From Atractiella rhizophila (lineage: Eukaryota), in assembly GCA_021432655.1 (NCBI GenBank), contig MU271316.1:62001-95033 (forward strand): a stretch of DNA of 33,033 nt, written 5' to 3'. Positions 1-9,949 of the stretch are shown piece by piece (position 1 is the stretch's first letter; each line of letters opens with the position of its first letter). The notes below the pieces were generated by a model that was given only the letters and a program-made list of their open reading frames with translations, did not search any database and had not been told where the DNA came from. The translations under genes and the position numbers were made by a program.

Positions 1-644
1 GTCCATCAGTGGAGGTTCGTTCAGTCCATACAACCACAATACTATTAAGTGGATCGGTTTTATGCTCAGCAAACCAACACGTGAGTACACTCTCAACAAT
101 TACCAACCTGGAGTGCGAGACCTCTGTATGTTGATATTCAACTGATTGAGAGAAGTCGGCTGAGAAACGTGGTCCAGACGTTGCGCTCGTCTTGGTCAAC
201 CCATGGAAGACATCTCCGACAACGGAGATGGGATCATCAAGGCTGCTACGCTGGGATGACAACTTCGCCGTCATCTTTCAGTAGGTCTTTTTTGATATTC
301 CTACAAGATTCCTACTTATTCAGGATCAGGATGCAGTATTCCCCAACAGGGCAGCCAGCATTCTAAACCAAACCACACCATCCTCAACTCTCCTATCAAA
401 TATTGTCTCCTACCGTCTTCCATAAAATCCTTCCAGCCACCACGCAATGTAATGAGACAAAGGCCTGGCAATGTCCCAATGCCCATATTGTCCAGAGATT
501 GATGCTCCCTTCTCTTGGGATTGTTTGAGTTTCTCCATACTCTTGGCGCTCTTGATCAATGACGTCGCTTCCAACAGCCCACAAACAGTTGCCCCTTCAA
601 GTTGTCGCTCCATCTCCATCTCATCTCATCATCTCAAGACAGCA

Positions 645-1212
645 ATGGATCTCCTCAACAAGCTGGCAGGCAACGACTCTCACTCCGAGTCCCAATCGCA
701 CTCCCAGCCTCCAGCAGAAGGAGGAGCTGGAGCGCTCTTCAATCAGCTCCAAGACAAGTTTCTAGGGGAGGGTAACGACGAGAAAGAGGCAAAGAAGAAG
801 GCTCAGAAAGCTGGCTTGTTCGATAAGTTGAACACAATGGCTGGCGGTGGCGCGAAGAGCGAGGCGAACGAAGGTTCGTTCATCTAAGTTCCTTTCCTTT
901 CACTTGGACTTTGAAGGAAGATGAGTGCAATTTGTTCATTGCATTGGATTGTTGTGCGGACAGATGCGCTTGACAAGGCCATCGATTTCGTGCAGGAGAA
1001 GTTCCTAAAGGGGGGAGATCAAAGTAATGAGAGTGCGGTGGAGCAGTTGAAAGATGAAGAGATCAGCGATATGATCCGTTCTAAATACAAGGAGATGACT
1101 GGTATGTTGTCCTTTTCCAATTTAATTTCTTTTGGTGTGACGGGATGAGATGCTGATTTGGCCCATTCCGGGTGAAGGGCAAGACTTTCCCGTGAAGGAT
1201 AAGAAACACTGA
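645..1212 (+). CDS. Small conserved fungal acidic/hydrophilic protein (family often annotated 'DNA damage-responsive protein 48-like'); 3 exons
   Basis: ATG at 645. GT-AG introns at 874-963 and 1102-1177 join into MDLLNKLAG...KSEANE-DALDKAIDFVQEKFLKGGDQSNESAVEQLKDEEISDMIRSKYKEMT-GQDFPVKDKKH*. The C-terminal DKAxDFVQE...NESAxEQxKDExISDxIR...TGxDFP pattern is one I recall as conserved in fungi; function uncertain. Confidence 0.75.
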
Positions 1213-2061
1213 TGTGTCCACGACGATTAAGCAGAAATGCTTCTGGATCACACCAACCGCCAAATCCTAAGAGCAACGCAACAATGCAATGTACGATAAC
1301 CACAGCTGGAGAATGCAATGCAGCAAATAAATCCAAGTGGGTAAGCTTGACACGAATAGAAGCTGCAATCGTAAGCATAAAAAGCATGTAGCGGAGTCCG
1401 AACAGTAGCATTGTTGAACATCTATTGGACTTGGAAGAACGAAGGACCGATTGGAGGAAAAGGAAGTGAAAGCCAAAAGGAAGGTGAGCCTGTCTTCATT
1501 GCTATTCGACCGGTTCTTTTGATGACTGCAGTGGATGATGGCATCAAGTTGCTTGCAGCTGCTTCAGCTTGAACGTGCCTTCGAGCTGATGCCAACTCCT
1601 GAGCGCCGCAGTTTGCAGCCTTCACTCATCCTCATCCAACCGAGGAACATTGCTTAGGAGTAGAATGCGTTGATTCAGAAGTGTTGAAACTTAACGACAA
1701 CTTGTGGTAATCTCATAAAGCTTGATGCAACGTCTTGAACGAATGTGAGAGCAGGCGGCATTGTCCAGGTGAAGTTGTGAGGAGACATGTGAGGTACGGT
1801 GAGGATCAATCATGGGCTGAGAATCACGAGGCAGGTTTTAAGGAGTCGTAGGCACAGAATCAAGAAAAGCATTGTATTCATCAGATGGCGAGAGAACGAT
1901 ATCGAAAATCGAAGTCAGCGGAACGGAAAGGAAGGAAATCGGTTGGTTGCTCTCAAAAAAAATCGAAGAAAAATTGTCCTATCCCATGACAAACCATATG
2001 AGATACCGTGTATGAGACAATGGAAGAGGAGGGAAAGGTACGAACACAGCTAGCTGGAATT

Positions 2062-3942
2062 TCACAATATCCAACTCTTCTGCGTCACTTTGCCCCTCCC
2101 CTCCGTACCATCAGCCTCAGTATGCTCCGCCACAGTTTGGACTACTCCACCGCGTTTCCAACCCCATGGTCGAGCGATCGGACCGCCACCCTGCCCTTCA
2201 TCATCTCCCGCCATTTCCATCCTCCTACCAGCCAGCGATCTCTTCAACCTCTGAGCTCCAGACGGGGCGACAACCCCTGCAATCTGTTCGATGCTAGCAG
2301 CTGGGGCACTTTCAGAAGTGAACTGGTGAGCAGGGACCTTGACTGGCAGTTTGGCTTGAGTGGGAGATTGGATGGGGAGATGGTCAGCATTGACCGGCGG
2401 CTCAAAGGATCGTTTGAGGGATCGAATAGGTAACCCGACTGGAGGTTTGATAGCTTTGCGTACATTCAGATAGATAAGTGGATCACTCTTGAAAGAGAGG
2501 AAGAGAAGGCAAACCGACCTTGAGTTCCGTCCACAGAATGATCCTTCAAGCGCAGGGGACCAGACGAAGTAGACGTTTGAAGATTATTTACTGGCGCAGT
2601 GGTCGTAACCGGCGACTGGGGATCGATTGGAGCTTCGCTGTTCAATTTGGCGGCGTCAGCAAGAATTGTTCCGGGACCGTCAGAGAGAGAAGGAGGAGCA
2701 ATATTCTTCGCGTAAGGGACCGCGGGAACATTGACAAGAGAAGGAACAAAGGCTGCATTTTTGTTTTTAACTGATCCAACGACTGTCCCAGGGACCTGAG
2801 CGGGAGATGGTGGGGCGACATTGCTGTTCGGGTTAGGAGGAGAAACTGTAGCCTTGCTCTTCACGAGACCAGCGACAGTACCAGGGACTTCAGCCAGAGA
2901 AGGAGGAACCACGTCTCGCTTCTGAATTGGGAGAGAGATCGGGGTCTTGTTCTTGACAGCACCCACGATCGTGCCGGGAACCTTAGCAGGAGAAGGAGGA
3001 GCCACGTTCTTGTTCGGATTGGGAGGTGAAACTGGAGCCTTGCTCTTGATAGTATCAATGACCGTACCCGGGACCTCGGCGGGAGAAGGAGGAGTCACAT
3101 TCTTCTGAAGATTAGGAGAGACAGGAGAAAAATTCGGGGCGCTAGTCTTGACAGCACCTACGACCACCGCAGGGACCCCAGCGAGAGAAGCCACGTTTCT
3201 CTTCCGACTAGGAGGAGAGATTGGCGCCTTGCTCTTGACCACACCAAGGATCGTCCCAGGAACCGTAGCAGGAGAAGGAGGAGCGGCATCCTTGTTCGGA
3301 CTTGGAGGAGATACTGGAGCCTTGCTCTTGACGACACCAACGACAGTAGCAGGGACATCAGCAGGAGAAGGAGGAGCTAAATTTTTCTTCGGCCTGGATG
3401 GAGAAATTGGAACAGAGACTGGAGCCTTGCTCTTGACAACACCAACGACCGTAGCAGGAACCTCAGCAGGAGAAGGAGGAGCAACATTTCTCTTGTGATC
3501 GGGGAGTGAGATTGGAGCTTTGCTCTTCACCGCGCCAACGACCGTCCGGGGAATCTCGGCAGGAGAAGGAGGGGCGACATTCTTGTTCGGATTAGGAGGG
3601 GAGGCCGGACCCTTGCTCTTTACCGCACCGACGACAGTACCAGGGACAGCAGCAGGAGAGGGAGGAGCCACTTCATGAGGCACTTCATGAGGGGCGACCT
3701 GAGACTTGCCATTAGTTAATTTCCGAAGCGACTGCAGGAATAGAAAGAGGACAAACATTCTCGGCGTTGGGGATGGATTTCGTCCCCTGTGTCGTACCGG
3801 CTAGAACACCTGCAAAATCCGCCAGTCTCTCGGTATTGGACTGCGTGAGAGCGAGACCGTTTAGGACACTGGGATTTGGAGTTGGGGGAGCTGCGAAAAC
3901 GGAGGCGAAGGAGAGGGAAAGGATGAGAGATGAAGCAATCAT
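2062..3942 (-). CDS. Secreted Pro/Val/Ser-rich tandem-repeat protein (about 585 aa), candidate Kex2-processed repeat precursor; 3 exons
   Basis: Exon 1 (3942-3757) starts with a signal-peptide-like MIASSLILSLSFASVFA. Intron 3756-3699 is GTTTGT...AACTAAT...CAG. Exon 2 (3698-2519) holds about 11 repeats. Intron 2518-2454 leads to exon 3 (2453-2062), in frame with the listed 2062-2247 ORF. Confidence 0.8.
2646..3671 (-). repeat. Coding minisatellite: about 11 imperfect units of about 93 nt (31 aa), consensus VAPPSPAEVPGTVVGAVKSKAPxSPPNPNKN
   Basis: Recurrent GGAGAAGGAGGAGC and GAGCCTTGCTCTTGAC blocks on the + strand at about 93-105 nt spacing; the units are also visible in the translated 2466-3758 ORF. 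Confidence 0.95.
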
Positions 3943-4066
3943 GATTATGTTATTCAACGTTGGGGAGTAGAAGGAATGTGGCGTAAGACGCTGTGGAAAG
4001 GCAAAGGCAGAAAGCAACAACGGCAACACGCAAAGTGCAATGAGGGGAAAAGTTGGGGGCTGACTC

Positions 4067-4073
4067 TTTTATA
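4067..4073 (-). promoter_or_regulatory. Putative TATA box (TATAAAA) of the secreted repeat-protein gene
   Basis: TATAAAAG on the minus strand about 125 nt upstream of the ATG at 3942, followed by a pyrimidine-rich leader. Confidence 0.5.
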
Positions 4074-5532
4074 AGTCGTAAAGAAAGGGGCAAAAGTTGT
4101 TGTGCAGTGATCAGATGCACAACTAGGCTGATCGCTAGCGTGCCGAACTTCCCACAACGGGCGGGAAGCGGGAAGCAGCAGGAGCGGGAGAGTGGCATAT
4201 CATGGGAAAGTGCCACGCCATCATTGTCATCCCAACGACGGCCCAAGACCGTTAGCGGACATACATCAGGCATCAAGTCCATCAAGCCTGATGCAGAGGG
4301 CTTATATCGTACTTGAAAAGCTATGTATATTCTAATCGAGGAACAACATAAATTAGAGCAGTTCCGAAACCTGGGTATGGTGCCAGTACTTTCTCGGTTT
4401 CTCGACGAGACTCTCCCTAAATATGTATCGAACCTGATAAATAACTTTGCTAATCCGGCATCGTAGGCTCGGTTTAGTGAACCAGGTGGAACATAGCTAG
4501 TTAAGCCCACCGTCAAGGTTGTATAAAAGAGTGAGAGCCTTGCGTCATCAAGTCATTTATACTACCAGGGCTGGCAGAATCTAGAGGCTGACCCGAATAA
4601 AAAGGTTCAACTACTCCAGAAGAAGGAGAACCCCGTCACTTCGAGCAACAGCCGCAGGGATGAGCCAATGACCACCAACTAGAGTATTCAACCATGTGAG
4701 CGAATCTTCAAGTGTTAGATAAAAGGTTGTACATATAGAAAATCGGCAGCTGGGGAAGAATAAACCGCAGCTTTCCCCCTAAGTTCCGCTCAAAACGAGA
4801 ATTCGTTGAAAGGATCGTCGAGATGCAAAGATGGCGACATCCGAAAGCCTGACTATCTCTGTTGCGGTATAAATTGAATGCAAGAAACAAACACTGCCCA
4901 TTTCTTTAACTGATCCAAACTCTAGCTCTACCTTTGCAGACACCGTTGAGGTGGAGGCTCTATCGCAAATCAATTTAAAGATCGTGTGCAGTCGACTTTC
5001 CACAATCGTGAAAACAGGTAGAGCATAAGGGGAATCCGATTCTCGGTTCATGAACGACAGTCTTTGCATTCTCAGGAACGTAACTGCTGTCGCTTAGCGC
5101 GTCCCGCTACTGACAACCATCGACGTTCCTTCGCTTGCAAGGGAAGTAGAAGCTTGCAGTATTTTGCTCCTCTGAAGGAATGTCATGTGCAAGCTGGAGT
5201 GCCTGCCATATTGGCTGATCATCACAAACTAAACGACGACTTCGGCCGCTGAAAGAATCCCTTCGATCCTATACTGGTCACGAAAGTGTTGGTGCGAGAA
5301 GATGTCGTCGATGGATTGGAACATCGGGCCGAGGAATATTGGGACGGAAAGATGTTGGTAGTGGCAAGGTGAAGTGTGGCCACAGTATTATAGAATCGGT
5401 TTCAGCGTGACCAGCACCCATGGCGAGTCATTGTTTGCTGATTAAGATTAATGCTCATTACCCGTTCGCTTAAGTTCTGCTGAACCACGATTTACACCAC
5501 ATACCATCGTTACTAGTAGCTCTTTCTAAGAA

Positions 5533-6104
5533 ATGGTATGTTCCCTTCAGTGTGAGGACAAGTAGGCAACTCACTCTGATTTCAGGCATCCCAGCAATGT
5601 TTGTCGCCCACTCCCTTCTTATCGGATTGAAGTTGAGAACGTGTGGATGTAGCGCAGGGCATCCAGACCCTCCTATCCGCGGAGAAGGAAGCTCAGATCA
5701 TCGTCTCGAAAGCGCGCGAGTACAGGGTGCAGAGGTTAAAGGATGCGAGGTTCTTTCCTTTTCGTCACATTTCCATCAAGTTGCACATCTGATTTGGACG
5801 TGCATCTACAGGAGCCAAGCTGCGAAAGATATAGAGGAATACAAGACCTCCAAGGACAGAGAATTTGAGAAATTCTCGAATGAGGTCTGTTCTCTCCCTT
5901 CCAGTACAAAAATGCTCACTCTGGGGTGGGGATTAGCACACGGGAGGTTCAAGTGAGGCTGAGAAACTTGTCAATCACCAGACAGAGAAGGAGTTATCTG
6001 AGCTTCAGAGTGCCTTTGAGAGGAATAAAGGAAATGTGGTTGAGATGCTCTTGGAGCGACTGATGACGGTGGAGAAGGGATTACATAAGAACTGGAAGCA
6101 ATAG
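5533..6104 (+). CDS. VMA10: V-type H+-ATPase subunit G; 5 exons, first coding exon is ATG only
   Basis: Spliced translation MASQQSQGIQTLLSAEKEAQIIVSKAREYRVQRLKDARSQAAKDIEEYK...FSNEHTGGSSEAEK...NKGNVVEMLLERLMTVEKGLHKNWKQ*. It carries the V-ATPase G N-terminal motif SQGIQTLLxAE...R..RLKDAR. An intron directly after the ATG is also known from yeast VMA10. Confidence 0.95.
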
Positions 6105-6351
6105 ACCTGTGTAAGCATGTCCTCCCTAACCCTCTTTCGCAATGTGAAATTTGAAAGGCTAATGATGCTCTACAGAGATAAGTAGAGAGCAACCAAGTTG
6201 TAATTCGACCAGTAGTTCGCACATGCCGAAAGGTCCCGTTTCCCCACTCCAAGTGGCAAGGTCGAAGCCGTGGAGGTCCCACCATCTGTCGTCACTTTAA
6301 AACTATCACCTCCGCTTTGAAACCGACTCCAGAAACAACGAAGCAAGTATC

Positions 6352-7292
6352 ATGGCTCGAAAAATAATCGATATCGAGGTCTTCTCCGACGTTCTCTGTC
6401 CATGGTGCTACGTACACTTCCTCCCTCGCTCGCTGGCGGTGCAGCCCAGTTGATCGTTGGCGATGGTGGGCTGATTAGATCGGTGCCGCTCGACTCAAGT
6501 CTGCTTTGGAGGACGAGAAGGTGAAAGCGTATCCTTTGGAATTCAGGATCCATTACAACCCTTTTCTCATCAACCCAGGTCCGTGTGCTCCAACCTCCTC
6601 TGCATAGCCTTACCTTCATGTCACTCTCGTCCTCACTCACTCTAATTGGACAGCCCTCACAGACAAGCCGATGACCCGTCAAGAAGCCAACGACGCTAAA
6701 GGCGTCATTAGTGATCCTGAAATGACGGACGCAGCTAGGGCAAGAATCACAAGGGAAGGGGAGAAAGAGGGCTTGAAGTTTGTGTGGAAGGAGGAAACGA
6801 CCTTACGGAGCACGAAGGATTGTCACCGTGTGCTAGAAAAGGTGTGGAAGGAGAAGGGATGGAAGAAGCAGGTTGAGTTGAGCGAGATGTTCTACAAAGT
6901 GCGTCTTCGCATCCTCCCTTTAGTAGATGAAATGTGTGATTGACGGTTATATTATTGTGGGAATGCAGGGAGCGCATACTGATGGCCTCGATGTTGCTGA
7001 TACCGAAATAATTACCAAATTCGTGACAGAGATTGGCGCAATGACGGAAGAGGAGTGCCGCGCTTTTCTCAAATCGGACGAAGGGAACTACGAACTCGAC
7101 AAAGCTTTGCAGAAGAATAAACATTGGGGAATCGAGGAGGTCCCCTTTTACACGCTGGTTGATGAACAGTGGCATGTAAAAGGGTCGAGCAGTAAGTTCG
7201 AATGGTTGAGGGTATGTCTTTCCTTCTCTGTTATAGAGTCGCTCTTACTGGAACCACAGGTTTTTGAGCAAATAAATAGTGTCATGTCGTGA
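6352..7292 (+). CDS. DsbA-like thioredoxin-fold oxidoreductase (FrnE-type, CPWC)
   Basis: MARKIIDIEVFSDVLCPWCY|IGAARLKSAL...IHYNPFLINP matches the DsbA_FrnE pattern SDxxCPWCYIG...PFxLNP. The C-terminal GIEEVPFY resembles the cis-Pro loop. GT-AG introns can be placed throughout. Confidence 0.88.
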
Positions 7293-7517
7293 TGGCTGAC
7301 CGCACTCCTGAGGCTTCTCAGGCTCCAGATGTCTTGTTTATCTGAAGCCGCGGTTTCCGCTTGTTGCGAACCTGGCTCCTTTGTTCCGACAATGTATAGC
7401 GAGTGCGTACAATGCTCGATAGCCCATTGACAAGCATAAAAGACTATCCATTGTCCCCCTGTTTCGCTCCGTTAGCGCTATATTCTCTCATCCGCGCAGT
7501 AATCTCAAGTTCTCTCG

Positions 7518-9526
7518 ATGTCGCATCACACCATTACACTTTCTGCCTCGAGCTTTCCTATCAGTCATGTCGCACTGTACTCTTCTCGAGCTGAGATCAA
7601 GAGGACCGTGAAGTGTTCTGTCAGAAAAGAAGAAAATGAGGTGGTAATTTCGCATTTACCATCGAATATTGTGTTGGACAGCTTGAGGTGAGTTTCTCGC
7701 TTTCTTTCCATCCACTGGCAGCGGCAGCTATTGACTGTTTTACAGAGTTGAAGGAACGGGACACACCGAAACAATCTTGAAGCATGTATCTCTCACAACT
7801 TCTCCAGTCGCTCGTTCTATTCCACAATCCGACAAACTCGTCTCTCTGGAAAAGGAAAAGCAAAGATTGTTTGATTCGCAGTCTCGCCTTCAAGAGAGGA
7901 TAAAAATCTTGCAATCCTACACAAAGGCCATCACGCCGCGCGATGGTGCGTATTTCTCGTCTGTCTTTGAAAGCTTTCTTAGACCCTGAGCAAATGTACT
8001 AGTCAACCCTGATCAACTTGCTTCGATAATCAGTTTCCAGATCAAGGAGCGAGCCTTAATGGACGAGGAGTCGAGGGAGCTCAATGAGAAGATCCAAGTT
8101 TGCAACAAGGCTATCACAGTGGAAACGGACAGGCTCAGCAACGACGAAAAGGACAAATTGCAGCAGAATGAGATGCTCAGGTCCCAGGCAAGGATTGGCT
8201 TGTGGGTGGCTGAAGATACGGATGTGCAATTGACTCTGATATATGGTTCGCCTCAATCTCCAGTTTGATTGGAATTACCATTGAACTGTTGCTAGCTGTG
8301 AATGATGCGAGTTGGGAGCCTTTGTACGACGGACGAATCATAACTCTCGCTTCTAAACATGGGGAAAAACCTGTTCGCCTCACCTATAAAGCCAAAATCT
8401 CTCAGAACACGGGAGAAGTGAGATTCTGTTTGCCAGAAGGTCATTGAATTCTCACATTAGCTTAGGACTGGACAGCTGTCTCCCTCACATTGTCCACTTC
8501 CCAGCCTTCAGTCAGCAACATCCCGCCGACTCTAGATCCTTGTGCGTTATTTCGCTTGGAGGAACACAGTCTCATGCATCGGACAGGGCCAATATCTTTT
8601 TCTCCTCTCAAATTTCAAAAAGAGGTGGATGATTCAATTGATGAAGAATGTGACGATGATATGGACATTGATGCTGATGGGCTCTCCACGCACCAAGCGA
8701 GGATGGCGATTGCATCAGTGAGACAACAATCCCATTTGAGTGCAACCTTCGAGGTCCCTGGGACGACAACCGTCCTGTCCGGAGGTTCATCTTTCTCCCA
8801 GAGGAAGGAAAAAACCAAGACTGTTACCATCGCCGAACTTGGTCTGGACGCTTCTCTAGAATGGATTGCTGTCCCAAGGAAAGTGCAGAAGGTTTATTTG
8901 AATGCATGTCTCTCTGTAGAACACGAGGAACCTACGCTGAACACACCAACAGAGCAAAGTGAAAAACTCGTCAGACTTTCAACTTCTCAGCGGTCCGATT
9001 GCCGTCTACCTAGATGGTAGCTTTGCACTTAACTCGACGTTGCAGGATGTGAACGTGAACGAAGAATTTCTAATTCATCTTGGGTATGTCTATTATTCAG
9101 AAGTTGGATAAGCTAAAGCTGGATAGTGTGGATTCTTCCATTCGACTTGTTTACCACCCACTTGCCAAACATGTTTCCACCTCTGGGATCCTCTCTCGGA
9201 TGAAGGTGCATGCCTTCTCTCAAACTACATCGATTCACAACACCAAAGGGACCCGAGTTTTCGTTCGCATCAAGGATCAAGTGCCCGTATCTCAAGACGA
9301 AAACCTCATTGTAAAGCTGACGAGCCCCGTCCTGGCAGAAGATGGAACGTTAGCAGATTGCGGGAAGGGAATCTATGCCAGCTGGATGGAGAGAGACAGC
9401 GTGGAGAAAGGGACAGGGGAGATTGAATGGAAGGTTGATTTGGAACCAGGGGCAAAGAGGGCTTTGACCTATGTTTGGGAGGTTACCGCTCCTGTGGCAG
9501 AGAAGAAAATATTCGGATTGGAATGA
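7518..9526 (+). CDS. DUF4140/DUF4139 domain protein (MuiA / F37C4.5-like family), paralog A; 7 exons
   Basis: MSHHTITLSASSFPISHVALYSSRAEIKR...LPSNIVLDSLRVEG (DUF4140-type start), a coiled coil, then ASWEPLYD, SQNTGEDW...LTLSTSQP, LLSGPIAVYLDGSF, LGVDSSIRLVY, IKDQVPVSQDE (DUF4139 motifs). Six introns, one of them GC-AG. Confidence 0.9.
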
Positions 9527-9949
9527 GGGATGGCTCGTTGGAGATGCTTGGCTGATAAACGATGTGTCACCCGAAAGCCAGTCCAAGCACTAGGCATTCC
9601 TCATTCGAGGCGAAAGTTACAGCCAGACTTCGAAGAGTACATACTGACAACTTATTAATAGATATTCAGTGTTACTATGCAATGATCTCGTATTCGTACT
9701 TGCGCTATCTGCATCAAGCTCTGTACCAGTCAACCTCATTGGCAGGGTCAGAAGGGTCTTTAGGACTTAGGATGCCAGCTTGAACGAGCCTCGGAGTCAT
9801 TCCATCATTGTGTCCACTTGAAAGCTTCCATCAATAACCTACTAAAACTGCTGAGACTTGAATACATGGAAAAGGCAATATCAATCAAGAGGGAACCACG
9901 TATCATAGCAGCTGTGTCCATTATGCACGATCCCATGTTATCCATCACT

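Noticed and set aside
1..366. Possible 3' end of an upstream + strand gene (donor-like GTTCGT at 15, GTGAGT at 81, GTAGGT at 281; 11-nt candidate exon at 70-80)
   Set aside because: More than one frame stays open and none gives a recognisable protein, so I cannot support it without upstream sequence.
1267..2053. Short ORFs between the small acidic protein gene and the repeat-protein gene
   Set aside because: No recognisable motifs or consistent splice structure; likely UTR or intergenic sequence.
3148..3498. Antisense Thr/Gly-rich repeat ORF on the + strand
   Set aside because: It is the mirror of the minus-strand coding repeat, with no ATG start or independent gene structure.
2646..3671. 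Repeat array considered as a CRISPR-like or non-coding satellite
   Set aside because: The units are degenerate along their whole length and length changes are in multiples of 3 within an open frame. There is no repeat-spacer structure and the context is eukaryotic.
4300..5400. Intergenic stretch with TATAAAA at about 4522 and 60-96 aa ORFs; possible small gene or transposon relic
   Set aside because: No transposase or RT motifs, terminal repeats or convincing spliced ORF were found.
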